Assembly (NCBI RefSeq): GCF_024521635.1
Contig: NW_026250403.1
Span: 1,054,001 to 1,118,000, forward strand
Direction of reading: 5' to 3'
DNA length: 64,000 bases
Source of the DNA: Tricharina praecox
Taxonomy: Eukaryota
Shown here piece after piece: positions 50,809 through 64,000 of this stretch (the first letter of the stretch is position 1; the number at the start of each line of letters is the position of its first letter). The position numbers and the translations under genes are program-made. The notes below the pieces were generated by a model, which worked only from the letters and a program-made list of their open reading frames with translations, ran no database searches and was not told where the DNA came from.

Positions 50809-52000
50809 TAGAGTACCTATGGCAAGTGAAAAGTGAGAAGTGAGAAGTGCGAAGCACCCCGACTCGAGTTCAGCTTTCGGCGATGCCGTGGCCCCTGCCG
50901 TGCCGCAACCGCAACCGCCGACACTGATCCGAGCCTGACAACTACATCTCGATCGGACACTGATCCCCGTCCGCGATAATCCGAATTTCTTCGGGTATGT
51001 ACATAGGTGGGGGGCATCACGATACACGCCTGACAAGTGAGGCGATTCGTTGAGGAGCTTTTGAGCTAACGGTGGCCAGGTGATGGATCATGGGGGCGAG
51101 TTGGAACTTGGTTAACTAGCCCTGAACCCTAGGCGACGGCCGACATCGGACATCCCTCTCGAGTGTCCACGACTGACGATCTTGGTCTTTGAAGGAAAGG
51201 AAAAGAGCACGCACGAACGCACGCACGCACATGCTATGTACTAGCAGTTACCGGAGAACTTTGCGCCTCTGGAGTCTGGATGGCTACTTTTTAACTATTA
51301 CCGCCGTGTGCCATATGGGAACGAACGAAAGCGGTCGGCCGAACGAATATCCTCACCTCATGGGCACTGCGTGGCTCGACGTCGCGAATTCCGTCTCTAC
51401 TTACTATGTATCTACGGTACTATGTGCACCGTCCGATACCGGTCGGTTCCCTCATCACTTGCTCGTCGTCGGATCTACATGCTAGGTATACAACAACTAA
51501 CCACGGCCCGCAAATGGACCGTTCTCGAGTCCCCGCAACGCAACGTGGGATCGGCCCTGTATCGGCCCTGTGGCCTTTATGTAGGTATCGAGGAAATCGG
51601 GAGGAAACCTGGAAGGAAATTTCGACTGTTCGAGGGGCCGCCACTGGATGTCGAGTGATCAACCCGTGACGGACTCGTGACGGGACGGTGTTATGCATGC
51701 AAGCCTGACTCGGGTCGAGACTCGAGTTGATAAACGTCAATTGGAATAAAAGATACATCGCTATAGTAAAGCAAGTGCACGTCGTCAAGTCGCTAGTTAT
51801 ATTGAGAATAGGAGTGTGTGGACAATGTGAAACGAGAACGTGAAAACATGAAACCGCACAAGTTAGTGATGGAATCTAGACCACCACCACCCCACTATCT
51901 ACACTATACAGTCAAAAACAATGGCCGCAAAAAGACAGAGTTGAAAATCATGCACACGCTCTGCCTCTGCCTCTGCCTCCTCAAGGGGTCTCACGACTCG

Positions 52001-52126
52001 CAGTGTTCGACATACCTAGTCCGGTCCGGACTGCAGTCCAGACTGGACGGACTGCCAAGATATAGTCCAGTCTGGTCCGAGGCTCAGGACGGGCGGACTG
52101 GACGGATTGGACTATGTCGAACACTG
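52001..52126. mobile_element. MITE-like element (126 bp) with CAGTGTT-starting terminal inverted repeats
   Basis: cagtgttcgacata (52001-52014) is the exact reverse complement of tatgtcgaacactg (52113-52126). The interior is rich in AGTCC/GGACT motifs, and CTCG flanks both ends directly. Confidence 0.65.
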
Positions 52127-52525
52127 CTCGAGAGTCTCGAGAGTGGAGACTTTCCAGTCGAAGGCTCTAGAGTCTAGACGGCTTCGAGTCTTTTGTTTGG
52201 ACTGGCGTTTACAAGAAGCACTGTGGGGGTTCTGGGGCGTGTGGATTGCTGTTGGGCTTTCACATTCTGTAGGAGCTGTTGGGACTTAGTTAGGTTAGAC
52301 ATAATCGTAGTAGGGAATGGGAAGCGTTGGAACTTAGGTCACGGTGGTGGCCCTGTGGGGAGCTCCATGTACTATTATCGATGCGAATGTATCACTCGAT
52401 TGATAGCTGCTGGGCCGGCCACGTTCGAAACTTTTTCTTTGGGGACCACCGTCGCCAGCAGATTTCAATTATGACTCAAGTAATGGATATGATTTTATCC
52501 TGCCGGAGATACGTAGAGGTATGCA

Positions 52526-53407
52526 TCACACCACCGGCCTCCTCGCCACAAACCTCAACCTGACATAATTAACCCACATCCCACCATCCTCGCGCCTCCC
52601 CACGCCCTCCAGGACCTTTTCCACCTCCTCAACCGCTCCATCCCTCTCCCCTTCCGGCAGACACTTTAACATCTCGTCCGCAAACAGCCTAACCCAGCCG
52701 CCCACACCTCCACCCTCGCAGCTGGTCAACTCCGTCTGCCTAAGCTCGGTCTCTACCAACTCGATGGTAAACCCGGCGCCCTCCAGTAGCGCGGAATACT
52801 CCGCCTCGGTCCCGAACCCCCACGGCGTACCCCCCCGGGCCATCGCCGGATTAACGCCGCGATGCACCAGGGCCGCAATAATCGCCGCGTGCACCTCGGC
52901 CATATTCCCGTGCGCGCCGCACTCGGCAACGAACGTGCCGCCGGGCTGGAGCGCGGCGAACGCGCGCGCGAAGAACGCCGTGCGCTGAGCAGGCGTCGTC
53001 AGTAGGATCCAGTGCAGAGCTGCGTTCGAGAATAGTTTTGTGTAGGATGGGAGGGGGAGCGTCGGCAGGGATAGCGCCGAGGACACGATGTACTCGGTGT
53101 TGGAGGACGGAGGGCACGCCGAGATCATCCATGCGGAGGAGTCGATGCCGGTGATGTGGGCGCAGAGGGGGGAGAGCGTAGAGGTTAGCGCGCCGTCGCC
53201 GCAGCCGATGTCCAGGAGCGTGTCTGCGTGGTTGGATTAGTGGGTGGTAAAAGGAGGGCGGGGAGAAAGAGTACCATCGGGTTGTAGGTCGAGGAGGGAT
53301 ATAACTCTTGTGGTGAGCTTCGAGACGAATGGTGCGACAGTTGTGCCGTACGTGTGCGGGTCCCAGTTATCGACGACGGGGGTGGAGGCTGGGACGGATT
53401 GGGCCAT
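52526..53407 (-). CDS. Class I SAM-dependent methyltransferase (trans-aconitate methyltransferase-like), ~276 aa
   Basis: Exons 53407-53275 and 53223-52526. Motif I LLDIGCGDG, GIDSSAWMI, FSNAALHW, LQPGGTFVAE and C-terminal YVRLRFVA. Confidence 0.9.
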
Positions 53408-55813
53408 TGTGTTTTCGGATTGGAGGATAAGTTCGTGGGGACGTGCTCGAGGTATTTATTCCTGAGTCAAGATACGGAGTACTGATGTGGGGAGAGAAAG
53501 GGACGTGCATATGCAATGTTGACTGTTTGGGCGAGTGAGTCAACTACCCACAAGATATCACTCGCATATGTTGAACATGGGGTTTCCGTCGGCCACATGC
53601 GGGCATGAAGGGTCACTCGATTCTCACCTCGGAATTCGGAGTTCGGAGTCTTTTGCGGGGGGGGGGGGGGGAGTGGGATGCTCACCGTCATCTCACGCAG
53701 CCCCCACCGGGCCCACCAGGCCACCGCAGCGAGCCATGTTTTTTCTGTGTACCAGGGACGATTCCGGCAGTAACGATGTGAGAAAAAAGACGTGGATCAA
53801 TGGGGCGGGCGCCGGGCGATGAGCTTGCAAACGTTAACCAGCTCGGTTTGTGCCTGTCGGTTTCCATTCGATACCGGATTTCGGTAAATAAATGAAAAAA
53901 AAACAAGGGCGCGGCCGGTCTCGGGACGCATGCCCATTCGCTGGATTCACACCCCAACAAGGTACCTATCGCAAACGGACCTCTGTAGTTGGTGAGAAGG
54001 AGGGAAAGGGACAGATTCGATTTCTCGGTAATAGGTAGAGTAGGTCAGAATGAAAGAAACTTATTGGAACTTTTCGCGATTGGGGTCTTTGGTTATACCC
54101 CTCCTTTTTCTTCTTTCTCTCTTTCTTTTCTATGGTATATGGAGGTGTTCGTCGCGGAGACAACCCACCCCCCCGGCCCCGGCGCCTCGGACCCCCCACC
54201 TTCGCCTACGACTTCCGACGGAAGGGGAGCGAGTAGTATCTATCGCCAGGGACCTTCTTGCCGAAGAAGAAGAAGAACTCAAACGCGCCCTGTACCGACT
54301 CCTCGGGTTGAGGCACTCGGCACTCAGCACGACCAAAACTCCCGAGTTCATTGTACCTCCTACGTAGAGTACCAGGTAGTTATCTAGAATCTGTTGAGTT
54401 CTGCCACGGAGGCTGTGTCTCAACGTTCGATACTATGCTACAGAATGACGACGGCTGACTCATCATTCCGGCTGTTTGCCAGATGCTGTTCCTAGGGGGG
54501 AAAGGGAGGTTCGGGAATTTCCACATCATATGTATTACAAGAAAAGCACCGTCGTATGTGTACTTTTTGGGGTTTGCTGGCTCAATGATGTTCGCGGACG
54601 GGGGGGGAGGAGGAGGCTCTCAGTTGAGCTCGTTTGTGAGTGTGTATGTCGGTATGTAGTACATGGTGATGGACTGCCTAAAGCGGTGTCGACGGTGCCG
54701 GCTCACCGTACTGCGTTTCCTTAGGGGAGCGATTCACGATGCGACTGTGGAAGGAAGGAGGTGAGAGTTGACGGATGCAAAAAATGTCGAAATGAACGAC
54801 TGTAGTAGGTATGTAGTGGGTAGGTAGCACGTGGGAGGATGGGTAGTTGTAGTAGAGTATGTCGTTGATGGATGAAACATCCAATCGGCAGCGCTATTGT
54901 GTCTTGTGTGGACGCGACCCAGGTCCAAGCACATGTCAGCTATACCTAGTAGTGTGGCAAGGTATATGTAGCCTACCAATAGTTTTCGTCAGGTTCAAGG
55001 GTTGTTTGGTGTGGGGTGAGTGGGGGGTGGGAGGATTCTTGTTTCAACGACTCAAAGCGGTTCTAGGATGCACTCGGCGAATCTGGACGAGCCACGGGCC
55101 ACGGTATTTCACGCACAGCATATCACTCAAACAAAAACTCCGAATCCGGCGTTTAGACGGGTATTAGTTCCGGAGGACCCGAATTCTTCCACCAGGGAGT
55201 GCTGAGGCATGCCGGTGTCGTACGGTCGGTCGGTCGTGCGAACTGATAAGATGCTGATCCCGCCAGTCATAAGTACGGCCCGAGCGGGAAAGTGCGGACG
55301 ACGTCGTAAAGAGCGAGAGACGCAGACACGGACATAGGCTCATGGCATATGGCACATCGCTGAGGATCGTGATGGAGGCCCAGAGCCCTCTTGCAAACGC
55401 ATTTTTCCCCCCATCTCTGCAGCCAAAGAGATTTCTGGGAGAGATCCAAGAAAAAAATGGAAGTGAGGTAGGTAGGTCGGAAAAGTCGATACCTCCGATC
55501 CATCAGGCAGAGCTCACTCCGACTCACTCGTACGGTGTCATAGGTACCGCACCATTTCTTCGAGATCGAGCGATCGGGCGTTGACATTGTGAGTGAGATG
55601 CACCATTGCAATTCCACTTATCCCCCCCGCCCCTCCCCCCACAGCCCGTGAGCAGTGCCCCTCAAAATTTTTGCAAAGAGGATCATAACAAAGTTGTAGG
55701 CAAGATTGCTTACTGCTAGCATGCACCCACTCTATCTACGCGTCCTCACAACGTCCGCCACGATTGGCCTTACCCATTTACCCGGGGGGCGTGCTCGCCC
55801 TGGTATTCAACGC

Positions 55814-55835
55814 TATATATATATATATATATATA
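55814..55835. repeat. (TA)n microsatellite
   Basis: About 11 TA units seen directly. Confidence 0.9.
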
Positions 55836-58800
55836 CGCGCATATAAAACCTGAGACGTCAAGCAAACGGATTCCGTGAGGTTATGTCGCCTTCATCCGAC
55901 ATTGGCGATTGCTGCGGGTGACTGCGCCGTAGTGTTCCCGTCCAGCTGCATATCCCCAATCAGCTCCATCTTTTCACCGAAGACGCATCGCCAATGGGCA
56001 CGATCGTATTGCATACTTACATCACCTACTACATGTCCACCGATATCGCCAAACGCGTCTTGTGCACCTTCCGTACATAACAGCGGACGGGCTGAAAGAG
56101 CCACGACTGCTACCGGTATGTAGCATGTAGGCAAGTCGGGGCCTGACGATGGTTGTGGATAGCTATCAAGGTTTGAAGAAAGTGCGTCTGGGGAGAAAAA
56201 TATCCTAGCGGCGGGAGTGTCACGTCCCGTTCACGTCCACAAATGTGGTTCGCGAGAGCGGTTCAACGTCAGTGCCTTATGCCTGCCTTAGAGACATACA
56301 TATGTGCATGCAGAGACAACGATGTAAGCCTTGAGCTGGTGGAAATTTTGATGACGTGCGTGGCCGGTTTTCTCTGCCAGTGATAGGCGCGTATGTTGGG
56401 CGGCGGCGGCGGCGGAATGGCCTCTCTCCTCGGGACTGGCATCATGTCGGCGCCGCAGGAGGGAGTCGTGTTGAGATCGCTTTCTGTACACCCAGGCAGC
56501 CCCCAAATTTTCAAACCATCGCCGTCACAATGGCCATTTGAAAATCGGATAGGCAACAAATCCGGAGATCTCCAGTGCCGTGCACTAGTGTATGCAAGTT
56601 GGCATGACTCCGTAAGTACCCGGTGGGTCGATCTCCCGGATCTAAATCGCCGGCAAGGAGCGTCAACAGCTCGGTGATAGTTAGGGTTGGGTCGAGCCGG
56701 GGGGCTATTCGGAAAAAATAAATAAAATAAAAATCGAAATAATAGTAAAAAGTGTTATTTTTTCGTATTTTTTGGATCATTCCGGCTATGGCGGGGCCAC
56801 CACACCATCCGAGCGAGCTAAGTCTGTGTATAACAGTAGCTGGACAACTGTACTGATCATCCATCAGCCGATGCATATCTTAAACACTGCGAAGGCATTG
56901 TTGTGGCGAGCATGAGGACACGATGGAGGGGCATTACCCCGCGCTCGGTGATCGTGTTGGACAGCTGTAAATGCACTATCGAGTGATGCTCAGATTTCAT
57001 GAACCAGTGTGCCGATTGTGACGAGCCATTTCGATGCGTACTTGCCAGCCAATATTAGTAAAAACCGACACGGTGCTTCGGGGCCTACCAGCAACTGTAT
57101 CCTTCCTATGGTGCCATAGGTTTCGACCGATAAATACCAAGAAGTACTGAGGGGAAAAACACACCCGCTCCCCCCCGCCCTCGAAATGCATCATCATCAC
57201 TGCATTCTAAAAAATGGTGTTAACCAACCAATCATAACGGGGGCGGCTTGGATGACAATCGAGCCTATACCTAGGTCCACATTGGGGTATCAGCATGGAA
57301 AGCAGCAGCAGCCTCTTAATCGTCAAATGAAAGCTGATGTCCCTATCAATCAATCTCCCCCCCTCCCCCCCCGTGAATGGGGCTTGATTGGACTCTGACG
57401 TAGATTACACGCACGCACTGCATCCTGATATCAGACTGGCTTCCAGCTCCTGCAATTGGCGTATGATCTCCACGGAGCTACTGAATCGATCATACGCCTT
57501 GGCTAGCGGCGACTGAAATTCAACTGGGCGGTGACCGGGCAATGTATTCGGTAGTTTGGGAGGGGGTGGATAGCTAGGCTGAAAGAGCAACGCGTCTATT
57601 GCATGAATGCATGAACTCCCGAACAGCGAATATGCCCCACACGAAGTCGAACCTGGCGCCACTCATACGATTCCCCGTGAGGCTGTCCTGCGAAATGGTT
57701 GGTGATTCGAAAGTTCGCAGACTGTCAACAACGTGGCAATCGAGGTCATTGGTAACTGCCTCTCCACCGTGCGGCATAAGCGCTGGCCGGCCAGAGGCAC
57801 CATGACATATCCATCACGCACCCACCGTGGCTAGTCCTTCGCGAGCCAAGCCATTCCGGGGTGAGCGGAAAGTAACAATTCCTGCTTATGCAGGGCACCT
57901 TTAGGATATCGGAGGCGGGGTCGAGCGAATGACCACAGTACACGATCCAAAACTGCCGCTCAATTGAAACCTAGAAAGAGCGTCACCGCAATGTACCGAT
58001 GGTCTTGGCTGATGTGCCCCTCCGGTGGGTTTACCGTAAAAAATGAATTGCTGAGTGCAGCGTTGGCGGTGGAGGAAATCCTCAGCTTTTTTTTGGATTT
58101 GGATTTGCTGCATGGCGTGATACTATTATCATCGACATCATCACGGACTTTCAAACTGGATCCTCCGGCCCGTGAGAATTTCCATGTATCGCAGCCGGAA
58201 AACTCCATTTGAAGCGGGTTATCTGGGAAGAGGGTTAGATACCGGGAGATTGAGTTTTATGGAAGGATTTGAAAGTCATCATACTATAGATGGACAAAAA
58301 GTCGGTGGTGTGCAACAAATTGCGACAGGTGTTCATCGTGTGACGAATTCTGCCCGAAGATGCAGAGCACAATCGATGAGATATCGTGCATATATTCTCA
58401 CGCATTGCTGTATCGGCCGCGGGGGGGGGGGGGGGGGGGGGGGGGGGGAGGGGGCAGCTGCAAACAATCTTGTGTCTGGCTTAGAATAACAAACGGGATG
58501 TGATAGCGGTGGCGCAATGATTCGTTTTTCCTACACGTATGAGACGGTAGTAGGAGAGTGAGTATATTGCGGTCATCAAGGATGGTCCATGTTCCCTCTC
58601 AGGGGAATCTGCCAGTTAAAACAGTCTCCGCATGCGTCCGATAACCGCCGCCAAAGGGGACGATTTTCCGCCTGGTACCTAAACGATAAACTCTGCGGGA
58701 AAGGCATTGGGAGGGGAGTACGAATGTATTAGGGGAGTAGCAGTGTCGCTCACCGAGTCGCGGTGAATCGCCAAAAAAAGACGGTTGGATAGGTTGTCGA

Positions 58801-59580
58801 GGATACCCACGTAGGTAGTCAACAAGTCACATCACGTTCCGTGGATTTGGGGGGAGGGGGAGGGAAGGTGGAGCTCGATGTACCCGTTCGTCGGCGAAGA
58901 GACGGATGATGCACTGCTGATCTGGCTGGCAGTTGTGTGTTAGCCACGCTGAAGCTGACGGATAGAAGGATGGTAGATAGTATTAGGTACGTAGGTTAAG
59001 CGGTGGTGCACGGTTTAGCCTGAGCCTTTTGGGGCCAGCAATGTCGATGGGAGCGCGGAGACTGACTGGACGACGCATCTGGGTAGGGGGAGGGAGAGGA
59101 GATGGCGGGCATCGGGGAGAGCAAGAGTGTGCTGGACGGTATGTGGACAGTGAGTGGACAGCGGGCGGACAGTGGTCGTTGTTGGTGTTGTTGTTGTTGT
59201 CGGGGAGGAAAGAGGGGCTGGAGAGGAGTGGAGAATCGGCGGCGATGATATGTCGGATACCCCGCGGCCAGGTTTAGGGGGGAAGCAAAACAAGAAACAT
59301 GGGGGGGGGGGGGGGTGAAACCAGTGGGCGTGGTCGCATGGCGGCGGGAGATGTGACGGGATGCAGCTGCCGAGCTCCGGACGTGCATAAGCAGATTAAC
59401 TATATTGGTGGCCACTTGCATGAACTCAATGGAGACCTCGAGGCACACAAGCAAGCAAGCAAGCTTTGCGTGAGGGGAAACGGCATCTGCTCACTTGGGT
59501 AGAGTATCAAGTGCTTTACTACTAGCCCGGGCGAAGAAGAGCCCGAGGTCGTCCAGCGGCCTGCAGAGCGTCTGCTTCAA

Positions 59581-59616
59581 CCGCCGCCACCGCCGCCACC
59601 GCCGCCACCGCCGCCG
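59581..59616. repeat. (CCGCCGCCA)n GC-rich repeat
   Basis: About four units seen directly. Confidence 0.85.
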
Positions 59617-61530
59617 GACGGAGCCATAGCAAAGCAAGTAATTATTGACGGCGGGACGTTCCCCGAGCTCCGCATCGATCGATCGATGGATTGATTGATT
59701 CCTTGGCTTCCTCCGTGCGTGTCTGGAGACTGGCCGGAGTGCTGAGTTTTGACTGCACTCATTTCCTTCGAGACGCCTACCCTACCGAGTAAGTCCTTGG
59801 TTGAGTACTTCTTACCTATACCGACCGTAGTATCATAGCACGCATATACTGCTCAAGGGGCCCCAGCCACACCCACCCTAGCTGTGGCGTGCCGACTGTG
59901 GCGAATCCGCACCACGCATACACGAGCACTAGTCAGCGGTTTGCGGTGTGCGGCCATCGCCCCACCCGCACAAGTGCCGTGTCCGTCTCCACACACTACT
60001 GCAGCGTGGATAGGGGCCGATATTGTCGACTGCAGCAGCGGCGTTCGTTCGGTATACGGTATTATACGGTTCATCTGAGAAGTATCGCACGCCGCCTACC
60101 CTCCACCACCATCACCACCACCACCACTACCGAATTACCTATGTACGTAGCTGGTCTCACAGTGCCCAGAATTGGCTCTGCTTGGTCCGTGGCATTGACC
60201 CCAAGGGTGGCCGTGGATCGTTCTCGCCGAAGCGGATCGATATTGGTTCGGCGGATGCACGTCTGCGTCCTGTGCGGGGAGGGTGTGCGGTGGTCCAATA
60301 ACCGCCAAAGCTCAGATGATCGATGATGCTTCGTGGCTAAGCTTCTGCACATGTGCATTGCAGCCCCGAATGGTGGTGGATTTTGCATCGTGTATGGCCA
60401 CAGCAAGATACCCACGAACTGCACTATACACTATTCACACCTTTGCTCTGACAGTATGCGTCCCTCCCGTTCGTCCCTCCCGTCCGTAGCTACATGCCTC
60501 CGCAGCCATGGACACGACTGAGCGGGCGCTGTGACTCGCCGCTGCTTGGTCAATCGCCCGGTCGTCTCTACTTTTAGATGTTTTTCCTCTCACCTCCCAC
60601 CTCACCTCTTGCTTTCGTTCCTTCTTCCTCTTTTTCTTTCTGTATTCTAGCTCTCCCCTTTCTTTCTTCCCCCCACCGTCATCGTCGGTCCTGACGTCTC
60701 CGGACAATCCTGGCAAGGCCTAGCCAGTCAGCCTTTCGTCTAGCCCTTTGCTATCCAATTGCACTCCTGATGATCCCCTCATTGCTCCGCTGCAGCTCCT
60801 GCTGCTGCTGCTGGTTTACCCCCTTCCCCCCCTCTTCTCTTCACCCCCCAGTCGTATCTGATACCGTGTTTTGGTGCTACTGTGCCCGTGGTGGTGGCCT
60901 TTCGTCTCCGTCTCCGCAGGCACCCCGGCCCGGCCTGCCTGCAAACCTGCTTCACCTCCATCTCTTTACCTTCGCCCTCGTTACGTTACGCGTCTCCTCA
61001 GGGACCACGTAAATCTTCTGCTTCCTCATAATTCTTTCATGCTATGTCACAAATATCTCCACCGAGCCCGTCCGGGTTCAACCTCCTAGCAGTTCACGGG
61101 CCAGCAACTATCCCGTATTTATCACAGGCCTCGGACGGCCCAACATTCGAATACTACCAACAATCGTAAATCAACAGCTTCATATCAACATCTCGTCAAC
61201 CTGCGTCTTCGCCCTCCAGTTCCTCTTCCTCCTCCTCATCGACGGCAGCCTTTATCTGTTGCACTGCGTTAAAGGCAGACCTTCCTCCCCCCACCCCCGC
61301 CCCCGAGGCCATCTCAATCCCAGCTGCGAACCTTCACGAGTGTTGCCAACAGAGGACAGTGCTAAAAAAAAACATCACTATCCATCCTATTACAGCCGAA
61401 CACGAGCTTTCCACCCCCCATACACCACGGCAGAACAGCTACCCACGGTGACCTCCCATCCTCAGACTGGGTCTCTTTGGCCCTGCGTCTGCCGCAATCG
61501 AGGAGCCTTCAACACACCTCCCCGTTCATA

Positions 61531-64000
61531 ATGGAGGCGGATCAATTTCAGAGAGCGCCACTCCCTCAATTGTTCCGGCCCGGTTCGATGCATCCACCGG
61601 ACAAGCCAAGATATTTCAACTCTCCGTCTCCTGTACCTGCCAGACGGATGTCAATGACAGATGCCGGCCGGAAGCCAATGATGCCGACACCACCAGCGCC
61701 CGCTGCAGCTTTGGATCTGGCCAGTGCTTTTCAACACCTCCCTTTCCAGCGGCTCAAGTTCGTGTCCAATGACGGGCAACCTCACGCAAAGAGGCGTAGG
61801 ATAGCAGCTGCGTATGTGTTAACTCCTTATATGATTGGTGATACCAAAGGGGCTCCATACCTAACGTGAAAAGGGACAGTTGTCGAACATGCCGTAAACG
61901 GAAGACGCGATGTAGCGGCGAGAAGCCAGCATGCGAAACTTGTAAGCAGAACCGCCAGGAGTGCCTAGGTTACACCGAATCAACCCCGAAAGGCAAAAGC
62001 CCCCCACGCCACCATCATCAGGGCCAAATTCGAGATGTCGAGATCAGAGGTGGCGGAGGAGGCGACATGGAAAATATATCTTCTATTCACATAAAGCACG
62101 CCCAAGAAGACATCCCATCGCGCTCCCCAACCCCAAGGAGCCATCAACGTCATGCCTCGCAGCCAACGTTCCTGCCCAGCCATGTGTCGATAAAGCCCGA
62201 GGAATCCCCAGCATCCTCTCCTAGGTTGCACAGTCCCGAGTATATCATCAAAGAGAGCAATGCGGAGGATTCGGAGCGATCTGAGCATCGTTCAGACACG
62301 ATTCGGGACTTTGGATTGCCGGATGATGATGATGATGGTGTTCGGCAAGAAGTGACGAGTAAGCCCCAACCTATATACCGCTGAGCAGCAGCACCCAAGC
62401 TAAACGCGCAAACAAGCCCCATTCCTGGAGACAACATCACAGCAGCGAGGCAATAGGATCCCCTACTTTCGATACTTCGGGCCGACAGCGATTGTTCCGG
62501 GCTTCAAGCAGATGGTTGTCGAGGTCAGGCAACCGAAGCCTGTGTACTCACAGTCGGTCAGCTCCGCTTCGACCGTCGGCTCGCCACCCTCGAGCTATGA
62601 CTGCGCCACTCCGATCATGCTGTCGCCATCGAATCGGGACTCCGAGGACGGTGTCCCGTTTTACGAGCCCAGCGAGGCCGGACCGGTCGATCCGCTCATA
62701 TTCATCCTTGTCGACGAGTTTTTCATTCACGTTGGCGCCAATTTCCCGTTTCTCCGTCGAGATGTCTTCACACGTGACGTAGAGGACAAGAAAGTTGACG
62801 CTTTACTGGTTGACGCTGTTTGCGCAGTATCGGCACGGTTTTCGTCGCACCCGCTGTTCAGGCGCCACCCTCCAAGCGCGGCAGGCAAACATTTCTCTAA
62901 CCGCGCCAAATCATCCGTGGTCGAAACGTTCTCGTGTCCGAGCCTGCAGGCGGTCCAGGCTTGCCTCTTGTTGGCCTATGCCGAATTTGGAAGCAACCGA
63001 GACAGTGGTTTGTGGATGTTCTTGGGATGTGCGATCAGGATGGCTCAGGACCTCGGCCTTCATAAACTGGATGGAATACACGACGATGGTACGAGGATCA
63101 TCGCCGAAAGCAACGCAGGCTGGAGCAGAAGCCTTTCACCGACGAACAGAGCGAAGACGCGGATCGACGGCTCGGAAGCCGGAACTTTCCAGGAATTTGA
63201 GGGAGCCGACGACAAGGAGAGGACTGATACCTTTTGGGCGGTTTACTTTCTTGATCGAGTCGCCTCTTCGGGAACCGGAAGGCCTGTTACCCTCAAAGAT
63301 GCCGAAATTGAGATCCATATGCCACCGGTAAACGAACCTCAGAGTGATGATGAGTACCCTCATCCGTTCCGCGGCTTGATCCATATTATATATCTATACG
63401 GTATAGCCACGGACAAGCTCAACAACATCAACACCAGCGGTGACCCCAACCAAACCATCGAAGGGCTCAAGGGGCTCTCCGAAATGGCTGAAGTCTTATA
63501 CCGTCAACTTCCCGGCGAACTTCAATTCAGTGTCGCCAACTTCCAGCACTATGTGAAGATCAATCAGTCTGCGGTATTTCTGTTGCTTCACTTTTGGTTC
63601 CACGCACTCATCGTGCTCCTCCATCGTCCCAACGTCCTTCAAGGAGTCGACGGGGAACCTCAACAGCTTTTCCCGGAATCGAACGAGCTGTCAACGTCCT
63701 CGGCCAAGACGATCGTCGACATCTATGCTTTCGCCGAAGCGGTGGACGCGGATATGAGGTCGGTGACAGGCAATCCGTTCAACAGCCAACCGATATATAT
63801 CGCAGCGTGCGCGTTCCTGCAGGAGTCTGCCACGCACGGGCTCATCTCCAGGACCCTGTCGACTCCGATGGATCAGGATTTAGGCCAATCACTAGTCTCC
63901 GCCGGCAGCGCTGTCACCAATGCGGCTAATCTAGCTTCGTCAAAGCCACGAAGGAACTCTTCCAGCCACTCGCTTCTCGCCATCGCATCCCACGAGCATT
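61531..64000 (+). CDS. Zn(II)2Cys6 transcription factor with fungal-specific TF domain, truncated by the window end
   Basis: Exons 61531-61811, 61880-62358 and 62417 to beyond 64000. Zinc cluster ACRTCRKRKTRCSGEKPACETCKQNRQEC. Also YFRYFGPTAIVPG, LWMFLGCAIRMAQDLGLH and TFWAVYFLDR...GTGRP. Confidence 0.92.

Noticed and set aside
54100..54370. Possible minus-strand retroelement 3' end with an A-rich tail
   Set aside because: Similarity to LINE C-termini is too vague and no TSD is visible.

Overview
This is eukaryotic DNA from a filamentous ascomycete, judged from short GT..AG introns with CTRAC/CTAAC branch points; a Pezizomycete-like origin is inference only. I built 14 gene models by hand (13 spliced, 1 intronless), each with exon lengths that keep the frame, and one further possible gene start lies at the left edge. 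Core genes are a PILS/ECM3-like transporter, choline kinase, mitochondrial phosphate carrier, cofilin, dihydroorotase, kinesin-7 (KipA/Kip2-like), a SAM methyltransferase and a Zn2Cys6 transcription factor cut by the right edge. Between choline kinase and the phosphate carrier (about 8-29 kb) is an accessory-looking block. It holds a linalool dehydratase/isomerase-like gene, a DUF2235/Tle1-like hydrolase, a DUF6601-like membrane protein, a 1926-aa TM-SesB-NACHT-ankyrin NLR, a PTH11-like membrane protein and a LINE relic. A secreted Cys-rich subtilase follows at 35-36.7 kb and a small MITE lies at 52.0 kb. The most unusual feature is a head-to-tail ~263-bp duplication that places a second, diverged but still open C-terminal membrane segment directly behind the DUF6601-like gene. 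I found no rRNA, tRNA or CRISPR array. Family assignments come from motif recognition, not database searches.
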